Positions 38,097 to 47,520 of a DNA stretch of 64,000 bases are shown piece after piece (within the stretch, counting starts at the first letter, position 1; every line of letters begins with the position of its first letter). Position numbers and translations under genes: made by a program. The notes beneath the pieces were generated by a model. It was not told the DNA's origin, made no database searches, and saw only the letters and a list, made by a program, of their open reading frames with translations. The DNA is from Pseudomonadota bacterium (GTDB lineage: Bacteria > Bdellovibrionota_B > Oligoflexia > Silvanigrellales > Silvanigrellaceae): contig JBDLRP010000041.1 of the NCBI GenBank assembly GCA_039799905.1, positions 32,001 to 96,000 on the forward strand. The letters run 5' to 3'.

Positions 38097-41000
38097 TACG
38101 ATCCTCCCTTGGCTTCAAGGGCAGAACGGACGCGCGAAGAATCGATCACCTCGGTACCGACGAACAATGCCTCAGGAACCCAATCTTCTGGCTTGAAATA
38201 TTTCGCCGGCTCCAAGCGCGCCATCGCGTTGAGAACCTTCTGACCATACTCGGTGTAAATTCCATGTTTAGAAACCAAAATTGCGGCATTTGAGTAAAAG
38301 TCTTTTGCCTTCTTTTGAAAGTCGGCTCCAAACTCTGCAAACTTCGCTTTGGCCTTCTGCCATCCCTCGCCAGAAATTCCCGGTGGCTGGGGAGGATTGA
38401 GGAGTTCGGCGGCAAACAGCTCATGAGCGTAACCAATGACGTACAGACTTGCCACCGACCATTCAGCATCACCGACGTTCTGTGCGACAGCACTGAAGCG
38501 GTCTTTAACTTTTGTCAATTCTGCATTTCGCTTTGCAATGTTCTGACCAAGTTCGGCTCCGGATTTTCCTGCCGAAAGCGGCTCGCGTCTGAATTTCTCC
38601 AGGGCACCATATTCCTGCGCGAAGCGAATCGCTCCGACAAATGAAAGAGCCGGCCCTGAGACAGCCTTTTTATTCTTCTCGTAGGTGCTGACAATCTGCT
38701 GTTGAGCGCTGTTGGCCTTGGCCGAATTTCCAGCGCGTTTCGCAGCCTCTTCGATGCGGTGAAGAATTTCAATTTTCTCGGTCGCACCCGAATTAAGTGG
38801 GAGCATGGTGCGCTCTGCGAACTCCCAAAATTCTTGATAGCGCCCCGAGCGCTCAAGAACGCTGCCCAAGGATTCTGCAGCAACGACAGCGGCAGGACCT
38901 TTAGCAGCGATGACGGCAGGACACACTTCACGAGCGCGCTCTGCCTGCGACAAGGCTTCATAATAGGCACAAGCACCTGCAAGAAGCTTTCCGGATTTAG
39001 GTGAGTTCGGAAACCTGCTTAGGTACATCCGCGCATAGTTGACAGCCATCTGCAATTGCAAACGGCCCGCAGACACGTCGATAATTTCCAGCATGGCATC
39101 GCCGACCAGCGTGCTCTTGGGAAAATCCGAGATTAGCCGCTGATAAGACTGCACCGACTTATCCAACTTGTTTGCCTTGCGGTAGTTGACACCCGCATTG
39201 AACCACGCTGCGTCTGCCTTTGAGTATGTTCTGTCGCTTGCAAGTCTTTCGAACTCTTGCGCAGCTTGTTCGAATTTTCCGCCAGTCTCGAGCTCTTTCA
39301 GCTCGTCGAAGCGGTTGGCACGCTTGATTTCAGCCAAACGCTTGCCGAGTTCTCCACCCGCAATTGCCGGAATTGCCAGCAATTCGTTTGTGACCGTCGC
39401 AAGTTTCTTCTTGTCATTCTTGGCGAGCAACAAAAGAAACTCAGCTGCAAGAACTCCTTCCTTGCGGTTTGAACGCTCCTTGGCCAATACGTTCAGTCTT
39501 TTTTCTGCCTGCGGCAGGTTGTTGGTTTTCAGGAAAATCTCGGCTGTGTCGATCTGACAGTCGAGAGTTCCGGGTTTGCGCGGGAAGTTAACAATAAAAT
39601 TGTCACATACGGTGACGTAATCCTGCAGTTCCTTTGACACTGGCCTTGCGGGGGCCTCGGGCTTGAACTGACTGCCGCGGAACGCTGCCATGTCTTTTTG
39701 TACAATAAAGTACGCAGAAGTGCGCTGATACTCAAAAGCCTTCTCGAATCTTTGCGGATCTGCTGTCTTCAGGTTTTTGTTTGAGGTGAACCCCGCGAAT
39801 GTCTTTTCAGCATCGCGGAACTGGTCGCGCGTGTATTGAAGCTCACCGAGCAAAAAGCGGATTTCAAGCGCTTCTTTGCGCGCGGGGTAAGTTGAAAGAT
39901 AAATCTTGTAACCTTTGATCGCCTGTTCAATGTAGTACGCGCTTTTATCCTTTTGTCCCTGAAAATGCATTTTCTTGGCGTATGTATAGCCAACGTTATG
40001 CATTTTCTCCTGAAGCTCTTTCAACTCGGGAGAATTTGCATTCGTCTTTGTCCAGCCGGAGTCGGGCCCGAACGACTTGTTGAGCTCTAGAACTTCCTTC
40101 CACAAAAGTGTCTTGTCGTTTTTAAGGTTGGCGGTGTCGACAATTTGAATCTGCAACTCAGCAGCACGCAGATCGTTGGGATTCCGCGCAATGTAGGTTT
40201 TGAGAACGCGCACACTTTCGTCGTACTCGCCTTTGTCCTGCAGCAGAGTCGACAACTTGTTGTACAGGTCACCTGTGTTTTTAGGATTTGCATTTTTGGA
40301 AACATAATCCATCGCAACATCAATCTGCTTGAGTTCGACGAATGCGAGCATCATATCGCGGACCGCTTCATCCTTGAGACGGATCCTGGTTCCGCGTGTC
40401 GTTGCGTCTGCAGAATTTGCGAGGTTCACAACAAGCTTCCATTTGTCGAGAGCCTTGCCGTACTGCTGAAGGTTAAAGTAACACCACGCTGCCTTGAATT
40501 CGGCATACGGACGGATTGCAGCACGGGTGAAACGTACAACCTCGGAAAATGAAGTCAATGCCTTGGAGAAATCCAATTTTGAAAAATAGAATTCTCCCAG
40601 CGCAAAGTGCGCATCTGCAATTCGGCGGCTGTTCGGGAATTTTTGCACCAGCCGGCTGTAATAAGATGCAGCTTCTTTGTTTTGTCCCAGCTGATCAAAG
40701 GCGTACGCAAGCTGGAAAGTCACTTCATCGATGCCGCGTCCTTCCGGATATTCCGTGATGAACTGCTGACAGCGCTGAATCACCTTGCTCGTCCACATCT
40801 TGCTGAGGTTCATCGAAAACTTTGGCTCCACGCCACGTCTTCCGCCCTCATCCCAGCGCTTCCATGCAGCGTCATAACTGCGGGTTTCGTTGAAAAACGT
40901 CAGAGTTGCCTTCTGGTGTAAGCTTTCAATCAGACGACGCATAATCTCGGGTCGCTGCTCGGATTTTCGCGGCAGTTTGCCGACAATCGGCTCCATCGCC

Positions 41001-41287
41001 CTGATTTCGTTGTCCAGCGCCGCACCAAGATTCTTTTCAATGGCAGCGGTCTCGAAGTCGCTGCGCGTGATTGAACCGCCGCGTTCTTCAAGTTTCTCAC
41101 GTTCCGATTTGCCTTTTTTTCGCTTATTTTCGACTTGGTTGTCAGTACGCTCTTTCACCTGAACCTGTTGGGGAGCGGAAGTCACTTTGCTCTGACCCGC
41201 GCCTCCGAGTGAACCTGGCGAGGCTTGCGCAATCTGCGCTCCGACAACCACAAGCAGCGTTGAATAGACAGCAGCAAGATTTTTCAT
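38096..41287 (-). CDS. gltD: Large secreted TPR protein, GltD/AgmU-like
   Basis: ATG at 41287 (MKNLAAV..., signal peptide); many TPRs (AHFALGEFYF, YAEFKAAWCYFNL, FLLGELQY); late motif EWSVASLY.IG. Confidence 0.75.
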   Translation of the reverse strand: MKNLAAVYSTLLVVVGAQIAQASPGSLGGAGQSKVTSAPQQVQVKERTDNQVENKRKKGKSEREKLEERGGSITRSDFETAAIEKNLGAALDNEIRAMEPIVGKLPRKSEQRPEIMRRLIESLHQKATLTFFNETRSYDAAWKRWDEGGRRGVEPKFSMNLSKMWTSKVIQRCQQFITEYPEGRGIDEVTFQLAYAFDQLGQNKEAASYYSRLVQKFPNSRRIADAHFALGEFYFSKLDFSKALTSFSEVVRFTRAAIRPYAEFKAAWCYFNLQQYGKALDKWKLVVNLANSADATTRGTRIRLKDEAVRDMMLAFVELKQIDVAMDYVSKNANPKNTGDLYNKLSTLLQDKGEYDESVRVLKTYIARNPNDLRAAELQIQIVDTANLKNDKTLLWKEVLELNKSFGPDSGWTKTNANSPELKELQEKMHNVGYTYAKKMHFQGQKDKSAYYIEQAIKGYKIYLSTYPARKEALEIRFLLGELQYTRDQFRDAEKTFAGFTSNKNLKTADPQRFEKAFEYQRTSAYFIVQKDMAAFRGSQFKPEAPARPVSKELQDYVTVCDNFIVNFPRKPGTLDCQIDTAEIFLKTNNLPQAEKRLNVLAKERSNRKEGVLAAEFLLLLAKNDKKKLATVTNELLAIPAIAGGELGKRLAEIKRANRFDELKELETGGKFEQAAQEFERLASDRTYSKADAAWFNAGVNYRKANKLDKSVQSYQRLISDFPKSTLVGDAMLEIIDVSAGRLQLQMAVNYARMYLSRFPNSPKSGKLLAGACAYYEALSQAERAREVCPAVIAAKGPAAVVAAESLGSVLERSGRYQEFWEFAERTMLPLNSGATEKIEILHRIEEAAKRAGNSAKANSAQQQIVSTYEKNKKAVSGPALSFVGAIRFAQEYGALEKFRREPLSAGKSGAELGQNIAKRNAELTKVKDRFSAVAQNVGDAEWSVASLYVIGYAHELFAAELLNPPQPPGISGEGWQKAKAKFAEFGADFQKKAKDFYSNAAILVSKHGIYTEYGQKVLNAMARLEPAKYFKPEDWVPEALFVGTEVIDSSRVRSALEAKGGS

Positions 41288-42873
41288 TTCGCTTTGCCCT
41301 TCTTGGATCCACCACCACATTTCGAATCGATGTTGTAAACGTATGCGCCCAACTCATCCTCCCAGTACTCGCCCTCGAAAGGCCAATACTCGAGTTGCTG
41401 CTTGAGATTCAGCTCACGCATTCCCTCGCCCCACTCCTCTTTGGAGCCTGACGAATTGTCGCCCTGATACTCGTCACGAATTGTGTCAGTAATGACTGCC
41501 TGACGCTCAAGGTTGATGAGCCGCGTCTGGTTGCTGAGGTCCTGCAGATAACGGAACAACTGAAGCGCATGGTCGAAGGCCTGCTGTCCCGTGCGCTCAG
41601 CTGTGGCAGAACGGATGTCGCCATAGAAGCGCTTGAGAACCTCGGCAACGGCATCGAGCCGTGCACCACGGGTCCTCAGCAGTGAACTCTCCTTTTCCAC
41701 GTTCAAAACGACTCGCTGTCCTTCCTTGAAACCCTCGGTGCGGCTGACGGCATCGACGATGTCGACGGCGGATGAGAATTCCTTCATCCGCTTGGAGTTT
41801 CGGTACTGAGCAACAACATCGTAGAAGGCCTTGGGCTGCCCTTTGTACGTCTTGAGAAGACGGTTCAAGTCGGAGAATTTGGGTTTGTATTTTTCCTGAA
41901 ACTCCCTCAAAGCCTTGTCAACCTCGGTGACACGGCAAAGACGGAGGTAAGTAATAGCCTTGAGAATGTACGTTTCCGGATAAAACCGCCGCTCAAAAAA
42001 CGGCGAGGTAATTGTATGCAGATTTCCAAGAGTATTGTTGTGTTTCTGGATCATGAAAAATCCGTACGCACCTTCGAACAGACTTTGCAACCACAGATCT
42101 GAATCGCGCGGAATGCTCGACAGATACTTAAACGATTGCCTGTATTCTCTGCGTTCGTAGTGAACGCGTGCAAGGTTGATTGTCGCGAGCAGGCGAACAT
42201 TTTCATTATTTGTGCGCAACGCACGCTTGAATGAATCGAGGGCTGTATCGGACGTCTTTTGAAACGAAGAGATTACACCCATGTAGAATTGTGCAAGAGT
42301 GAAATAGGAACTGCCGTTGGGAACACGGGAAAACTCGGCCGACGCATTTCTCAGATTCGTTGCACTCTGCGGACCGGCATCGAATGCCTCAAGCCCCTTA
42401 TAATAGTGGTAGAAGCCCTTGGCTTCGGCTGGAATCTCGATTTCGTCGGCACGTACCTGAAAAAGACCTGCGATACTTGCGCGCCCCAGTGGAATTCTGG
42501 AATTAAGCTCGCTGAGCGCAATGAGAGCTCCGCGGAAGTGTTTTCCGCGCGGCCCTAGACTGACAAGCCGACTGAAGAAAAACGCAGATGCGTAGGGAAA
42601 TCCACCGCGACCGAGTGATTGCGCAAGACCCATTTCGGCGTCTTGCTTCACTTCACCGGTCGAAGATGTCACAACCTGATAGAAAATCTTGGCGGCAGAG
42701 AGGTAGTCGCCCGCGCGTTGCGCACGAATTGCGGCGTCAATTGGTCCGGCAGAGGAGGCTTGCATCGAAAAACAAAGCGACGCAGCAGCGAGAAGACTGC
42801 AACCGAGAACCCTCAGGCGGCGTCGCGGAGATTTCGTATGTCGCCTCAGCTGACTCATTTCACTTCCAATCAC
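41284..42873 (-). CDS. gltC: Secreted TPR protein, GltC-like (alternative start 42858)
   Basis: Signal peptide, TPRs, LGNLHTI.SPFF, and the C-terminal motif YWPFEGEYWEDELGAY...SKC seen in GltC-type proteins. Confidence 0.75.
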   Translation of the reverse strand: MIGSEMSQLRRHTKSPRRRLRVLGCSLLAAASLCFSMQASSAGPIDAAIRAQRAGDYLSAAKIFYQVVTSSTGEVKQDAEMGLAQSLGRGGFPYASAFFFSRLVSLGPRGKHFRGALIALSELNSRIPLGRASIAGLFQVRADEIEIPAEAKGFYHYYKGLEAFDAGPQSATNLRNASAEFSRVPNGSSYFTLAQFYMGVISSFQKTSDTALDSFKRALRTNNENVRLLATINLARVHYERREYRQSFKYLSSIPRDSDLWLQSLFEGAYGFFMIQKHNNTLGNLHTITSPFFERRFYPETYILKAITYLRLCRVTEVDKALREFQEKYKPKFSDLNRLLKTYKGQPKAFYDVVAQYRNSKRMKEFSSAVDIVDAVSRTEGFKEGQRVVLNVEKESSLLRTRGARLDAVAEVLKRFYGDIRSATAERTGQQAFDHALQLFRYLQDLSNQTRLINLERQAVITDTIRDEYQGDNSSGSKEEWGEGMRELNLKQQLEYWPFEGEYWEDELGAYVYNIDSKCGGGSKKGKAK

Positions 42874-43559
42874 AAATAATAACTCGCACCAAATGACAAC
42901 ATGACGCTCTGTCCGAGTGCGCCCGCCTTGTTGCCTACGACATAGTCGCGCAAGTACCAGTTGAGAGCTGCACTCTTGTTCAGAAAGAATCGCTGTCCCA
43001 TGCCAAAGTTGAATTGAACCGGACTGTAGGGAATCGGCAGCTTGACAGGTTCGTCGGGCGCTCTTGGCTTGCAGCCCTGTTCGCGCTGTTTCATATTCGC
43101 CAGACCACCTCCGGCAATCAGAAACCAGTCAAAATAAACAACGTCGCCGCTGGCTATCTGGTATTTGCCATAAATGGGTGTCAGAGCGACCCCACCGCCG
43201 ATCATGTTGTCGAACTCATCCACAATCGGCTCGATTGAGAACTTGCCGCCCAATTCGGTGCAGTCAGATTTGTTGATTGTTATTCCAACCGCACCTTCGC
43301 CAAAAATCTCGAGCCACTCGGTCATGTGCAAACCAAGCTTTGCCGAGGGAAGGTAGGTGTACGTATAGGCTTTGTTCATGACCGCAGCGAGATTGGCGCC
43401 AAGCTCAACGCGCACCGACTTCTGAAAGAATTTTTGCCGGATGACGCGAATTTCAACATTGGTGAACTGCTGATCCTGATTTTGCGCAAAGCACATCGAA
43501 GATGGCGCAAGCGCCGCAGCTGCCGCAAGCAATTTCACTATGCTCCAGCCTTTTTGCAT
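42870..43559 (-). CDS. Outer-membrane beta-barrel, GltA/GltB-like
   Basis: Signal peptide; IRVIRQKFF.K..R.E, TPIYGK, YFD, GMGQRFFL; ends in YYL. Confidence 0.75.
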   Translation of the reverse strand: MQKGWSIVKLLAAAAALAPSSMCFAQNQDQQFTNVEIRVIRQKFFQKSVRVELGANLAAVMNKAYTYTYLPSAKLGLHMTEWLEIFGEGAVGITINKSDCTELGGKFSIEPIVDEFDNMIGGGVALTPIYGKYQIASGDVVYFDWFLIAGGGLANMKQREQGCKPRAPDEPVKLPIPYSPVQFNFGMGQRFFLNKSAALNWYLRDYVVGNKAGALGQSVMLSFGASYYL

Positions 43560-43560
43560 T

Positions 43561-44076
43561 TTAGTTCACATCCTTCTTTTGCACCGCAAACTTCCAAGAA
43601 ATAAACTCAGCCTGCTGAGCCGATGCCAGTACACGTTTTATGATTCTGTATGGGATGGCTTTGTCCGACTGCATGACAAGAGTCGAAATATCCTGATTGC
43701 TCAGACCAAGGTTCTTTGATCTATTCTTGAGTGTCTCGTTTTGCGCCTTGAGTTTCTTAAATTCGTCGTATGCCTTGCGGATCGCACCCTGTCCGTCCTT
43801 TTTGTACGCTTCAACCACGTCCTGAGCATTTGCAGTCAAAGGAATGCTCAGACCGCCCTGCAACAGAATTTCGGTCTTGGTGATTGAAACGGATGCCGCA
43901 GCATCCAGACTCAATTTCACTTCCGAAACCGGCAGTTCCAAATTTGCGCTAACTTCGGCACTTTCACCGCTGACGGAAAAATTCATGAGCAAAAATACGA
44001 TGAGGATGCTGAACACGTCCAGCATGGGATATAGGTTCAGGGAAAACCCACCTTCGCCAACATCTACGCCTGCCAT
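43561..44076 (-). CDS. exbD: ExbD/TolR family protein (AglQ/AglS-like)
   Basis: LNLYPMLDVFSILIVFLL with the conserved TM Asp; QSDKAIPY. Confidence 0.88.
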   Translation of the reverse strand: MAGVDVGEGGFSLNLYPMLDVFSILIVFLLMNFSVSGESAEVSANLELPVSEVKLSLDAAASVSITKTEILLQGGLSIPLTANAQDVVEAYKKDGQGAIRKAYDEFKKLKAQNETLKNRSKNLGLSNQDISTLVMQSDKAIPYRIIKRVLASAQQAEFISWKFAVQKKDVN

Positions 44077-44083
44077 TCAAACC

Positions 44084-44644
44084 TCAATCTGCAAAAATTA
44101 CGTTTCCAAGCACAATCTTCGTCACCAAATTCGTCGGGTCTGTGCCCGCCGGCAATTTATAATCCGCCGGCCAAGGAATCGGAGTTCGGTTCGGGCGAAG
44201 TTCGCGCACAGTATCAAGCACCATCACGAGTTTTTCGTAATTGACTTCCTGTTGGGTGAAGATTGTCACCTTGTCGAAAGCCGGATTCTCCTTGCGGATG
44301 TCGTAGATTTTCGCCTGTATTTTATCGAGACCCTCTTCCGTCAGCGGCACCTCAATTTCGTCTTGAATCGTCGACTTTGCGGTTGTCGCCTGCTGGTACT
44401 TCACCTTGTCAGTATCGATCGTGATGTTGACGGTTTTTTCCGGCTTTTTGTCCAGTTCTTCCTGCTTGGGAGGCGGCTGACTGGATAGAAAGGGAATTTC
44501 AATCCGGACTTCACCGGTCGCAGAAAACACCGAGGTTGCAAGAAGGAAAATGATGAGCACCGAAAAGAGGTCAAGCATCGGCGTGACGTTGATTTCGAAC
44601 GCGCTTGCCACTTTTTTTCGTCTTTTAAGTCTAAAACCGCTCAT
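44084..44644 (-). CDS. exbD: ExbD/TolR family protein (AglQ/AglS-like)
   Basis: INVTPMLDLFSVLIIFLL with the conserved TM Asp; YEKLVMVLD. Confidence 0.88.
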   Translation of the reverse strand: MSGFRLKRRKKVASAFEINVTPMLDLFSVLIIFLLATSVFSATGEVRIEIPFLSSQPPPKQEELDKKPEKTVNITIDTDKVKYQQATTAKSTIQDEIEVPLTEEGLDKIQAKIYDIRKENPAFDKVTIFTQQEVNYEKLVMVLDTVRELRPNRTPIPWPADYKLPAGTDPTNLVTKIVLGNVIFAD

Positions 44645-44660
44645 CTAATAGCCCCTGCAA

Positions 44661-45320
44661 TCATTCGGCTGATGACTTGGCAGCCAGATTTGTTCTTCTC
44701 ATTTGAAGCAACTCGATCAGTTTGGCTGCAAATTCATCGGTCGTTTCTGTGGCCTGGTTCGCCTTGAAGGTAAGAACTCCATGGAGCACCATTGCAACAA
44801 GAGCAGTTCCCAAGCCGAAGCCGGTTGCATAAAGAGCATGTGAGATACCTTCAGCGAGTCGCGTCTGCTTTGCAGCACCCGTCAGTGTCGCCACCGCGCC
44901 GAACGATGTAATCAGACCCGCAATCGTCCCAAGCAGACCGAGCAGCGTCGTGATGTTGGCGAGAGTACCGAAGTAGTTGAGGTAGCGGTTGACGAGCGGA
45001 AGCCGCTCGAGAGTCGCAGATTCAATCGCATTCTGAGTTTCGTCCGCAGTGCGGCTTGCGCTTTGCAAACCCTTTTTCCAGACGCGCGGAAGAATCTGTT
45101 TTGAAGGCTGGCGCTCGCACAGGCGAATCGCTCCTTCGATCTGGTTGTTGGCAACCTGCTTGTAGATTTCGGCCCACATACCGCGGGCGTTGGGCGTGTC
45201 GAAAACAAAATAGAGCAACCACGCTCTCCATGCCCCCAACGCCACCACACAGATGAAGAAGAAGAGAATGACGTACATAATGAAGCCGCCGGCCATAAAC
45301 GCGCGCTGAATAAAATCCAT
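44661..45320 (-). CDS. MotA/TolQ/ExbB proton channel protein (AglR-like)
   Basis: GGFIMY, TLLGLLGTIAGLITSF, LAEGISHALYATGFGL. Confidence 0.92.
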   Translation of the reverse strand: MDFIQRAFMAGGFIMYVILFFFICVVALGAWRAWLLYFVFDTPNARGMWAEIYKQVANNQIEGAIRLCERQPSKQILPRVWKKGLQSASRTADETQNAIESATLERLPLVNRYLNYFGTLANITTLLGLLGTIAGLITSFGAVATLTGAAKQTRLAEGISHALYATGFGLGTALVAMVLHGVLTFKANQATETTDEFAAKLIELLQMRRTNLAAKSSAE

Positions 45321-45358
45321 TGTGAGCCTCCCGATACACAGAAGCGATTTCGTTTAAA

Positions 45359-45388
45359 AGTTTAGGGAGGTTGCCTTGCGTGAGTCAA
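45359..45388 (-). promoter_or_regulatory. Sigma70-like promoter of the Agl/Glt-like operon
   Basis: Minus strand TTGACT-N18-TAAACT; GGGAGG RBS precedes the ATG at 45320. Confidence 0.4.
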
Positions 45389-45405
45389 TGTTACTTAATT
45401 GGCCG

Positions 45406-46065
45406 TCAAAATTCAGTCCATTGTCTCAACTTCTGATAAACAGAAAGTAAATTCTGCTCAGTTGGGACCTCATGCTTGATGATGATTTGTCCTTCTCGCG
45501 TGAGCAGCCAGCAGGTCGGAACTTTGGGGTTGTTTAGCTTATCAACAAATTCCGTTTGAGCTAATCCAAAAACATAGCGAGGTTTATTTTGCTCGGCCCA
45601 CGCTGCAATATTTTCAGGCGTATCGTGTGAGAACGCCGCGACCGTTGCGATTTTGTATTTCTCGAAAAATTGAATGTGCTTTTGAAAATACTGATGAACC
45701 ACCTGCGTACTTTTGTTCCATGTTCCAACAACGCACAGGTGTGAGAATCGCCAGCCGCGAGGATCAAAGAGGATTGGCAGTTGTTGGCCTGCAGGCAACA
45801 ACTTGAGCGCAGGAAGCGTGATACGGCGCAAAAATGGTTCGGGATTGGGTGTGGCTTTGGCGCCGACCGGCACGGGTGGATTTGCCGCCGCAGGTGATGC
45901 AGCCGCCGCAGGTGATGCAGCCGCCGCGGGTGATGCAGCCGCCGCAGGTGATGCAGCCGCCGCAGGTGATGCAGCCGCCGCGGGTGATTCAGCTGTCGCG
46001 CGCTGCTGATAGACAGCAACCCACGTAAGTAACAGAGACAAGCCTATCAGGCGGCCATAGATCAT
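45406..46065 (-). CDS. Secreted thioredoxin-fold (TlpA/AhpC-like) protein lacking CxxC, with (PAAAAS)n linker
   Basis: ATG at 46065 begins a signal peptide (track start 46182). GTWNKST replaces WCxx[15 protein letters not shown] matches the cis-Pro strand of thioredoxin folds. Confidence 0.6.
   Translation of the reverse strand: MIYGRLIGLSLLLTWVAVYQQRATAESPAAAASPAAAASPAAAASPAAAASPAAAASPAAANPPVPVGAKATPNPEPFLRRITLPALKLLPAGQQLPILFDPRGWRFSHLCVVGTWNKSTQVVHQYFQKHIQFFEKYKIATVAAFSHDTPENIAAWAEQNKPRYVFGLAQTEFVDKLNNPKVPTCWLLTREGQIIIKHEVPTEQNLLSVYQKLRQWTEF
45884..45991. repeat. 18-bp tandem repeat x6
   Basis: Six consecutive GCCGCCGC(A/G)GGTGAT(G/T)CA units; in frame, encoding SPAAAA repeats. Confidence 0.95.
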
Positions 46066-46191
46066 AAAAATGAACTCCGAAGCAAATTTGATGACCCGCG
46101 TTGTACGGAAGGTGCCCCGATTAGATGACTCCTGCGTCAGACGCGGTATCATCATTATCCACGGTTCCATCATGCAAATCATGGAGGAAGA

Positions 46192-47475
46192 TTGGAATAC
46201 GTTGACGCTTCAGTAAAACCAGAGTCTTCTGCTGATATTTTAAGCAACAAGCGCGTGGCTGAAAATCGCTGGGCAATGCCTTGGCAGGAATTGGCGGTTG
46301 TCCTGGGACAACAGAATATTCTCAACCACCGCAGTCTCAACATTGCACACCGTGAGCGAGCTTCGGAATTTTTGCGTCACTGCGGCTTCGACCTAAGTCG
46401 ATTCGAGCACCGCAAACAAGTCGAACAGTTTTTTGGAGAAGCGATTTTTTTTATCCGGCACATCCTCCTTTCCGCCGATGAACGAGACAAATACCCAGTA
46501 CCAAGCGACCTCTTGCATCTTGATGATCCGCGAAGACTGATGGTTTTTGCAAGCCAGAGAATGCCAAGACGCCGCTATTTGCGCTTGTGGTCATGTTCGA
46601 TATTGAAGGTGATGAACGCAATCTCGCACCTTGAGTACAACGGCAAATTGCGCGAACTTGACGCTGCCCGCGAACAGATCTTCGGCAGAATCCGTTCCGT
46701 TGTCACTCACAATCCATCAGCAGGCTGGTCGGCTCGCTCACACAGTGTGGAGCTCTCACTCGAAACACTCGAGTGGAAAGAGGCCAAAACAAGACACAGT
46801 GTATTGCTCAAACTGCTGCACAAGCCCGAAGCCATGGCCGAGGAAGTTTTCGATTACCTTGGCGTGAGGTTTGTCGTCAGCGATGCACAAGACATTGCAC
46901 GTTTGCTAAGAATTCTAATTGAAACAGACATCATTGTGCCGCATCAGGTGCTTAATTTACGCACAAGGAATTCGCTTCTTAACCTGCAGAGTGCCCAGCG
47001 GCAGCTCGATTTGGCATTCGATCTTCTGCAAAATGGGACGACTTCGCCCGAGGAGTTCACAGCAATGTGTGAACGGGTCAATTGGTCTTACCCGCTTGAA
47101 CAGCTCATTTCCGGCACAAAACAAAACATGCATTCAAGCAGCCGCTACAAATCCATCCAATTGACTGTCCGACATTTGGTACGCACTCCCAATCCGGCTT
47201 TTTTGGTGCTGAGTTCTTTAGCCGGACAACTCAGGCACGCCCGTGGCCTTGAGCCGGAAGACGACCCCCTGCTGATGGGGCTTATTCCCGAAGAAAATGC
47301 ACGCTTTTTTCCCTTGGAAATTCAGATCTTTGACCGCAACAGCTTTCAAATTGCGCAATTCGGACCAGCATCGCACGAACACTACAAGTCAAACCAGCTG
47401 CAAACCGTCCGCAAACGTGTCCTTGGAAGTCTTCTGCACTTCACTGAGACACGCTTGCAGACACAGGACTATTGA
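46192..47475 (+). CDS. TIGR04552-like protein with RelA/SpoT synthetase-like motifs
   Basis: KLLHKPE..AEEVFDYLGVRFV, YKSIQLT, FFPLEIQI, GPASHEHYK; TTG start with GGAGG RBS. Confidence 0.7.
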   Translation: MEYVDASVKPESSADILSNKRVAENRWAMPWQELAVVLGQQNILNHRSLNIAHRERASEFLRHCGFDLSRFEHRKQVEQFFGEAIFFIRHILLSADERDKYPVPSDLLHLDDPRRLMVFASQRMPRRRYLRLWSCSILKVMNAISHLEYNGKLRELDAAREQIFGRIRSVVTHNPSAGWSARSHSVELSLETLEWKEAKTRHSVLLKLLHKPEAMAEEVFDYLGVRFVVSDAQDIARLLRILIETDIIVPHQVLNLRTRNSLLNLQSAQRQLDLAFDLLQNGTTSPEEFTAMCERVNWSYPLEQLISGTKQNMHSSSRYKSIQLTVRHLVRTPNPAFLVLSSLAGQLRHARGLEPEDDPLLMGLIPEENARFFPLEIQIFDRNSFQIAQFGPASHEHYKSNQLQTVRKRVLGSLLHFTETRLQTQDY

Positions 47476-47520
47476 GTGCATCGTGTTGTCATTCTTCGCG
47501 CCACAGAAACGGGGACTTGA

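Noticed and set aside
45884..45991. Possible CRISPR array
   Set aside because: The units are directly adjacent with no unique spacers, lie in frame within a CDS, and no cas genes are present.
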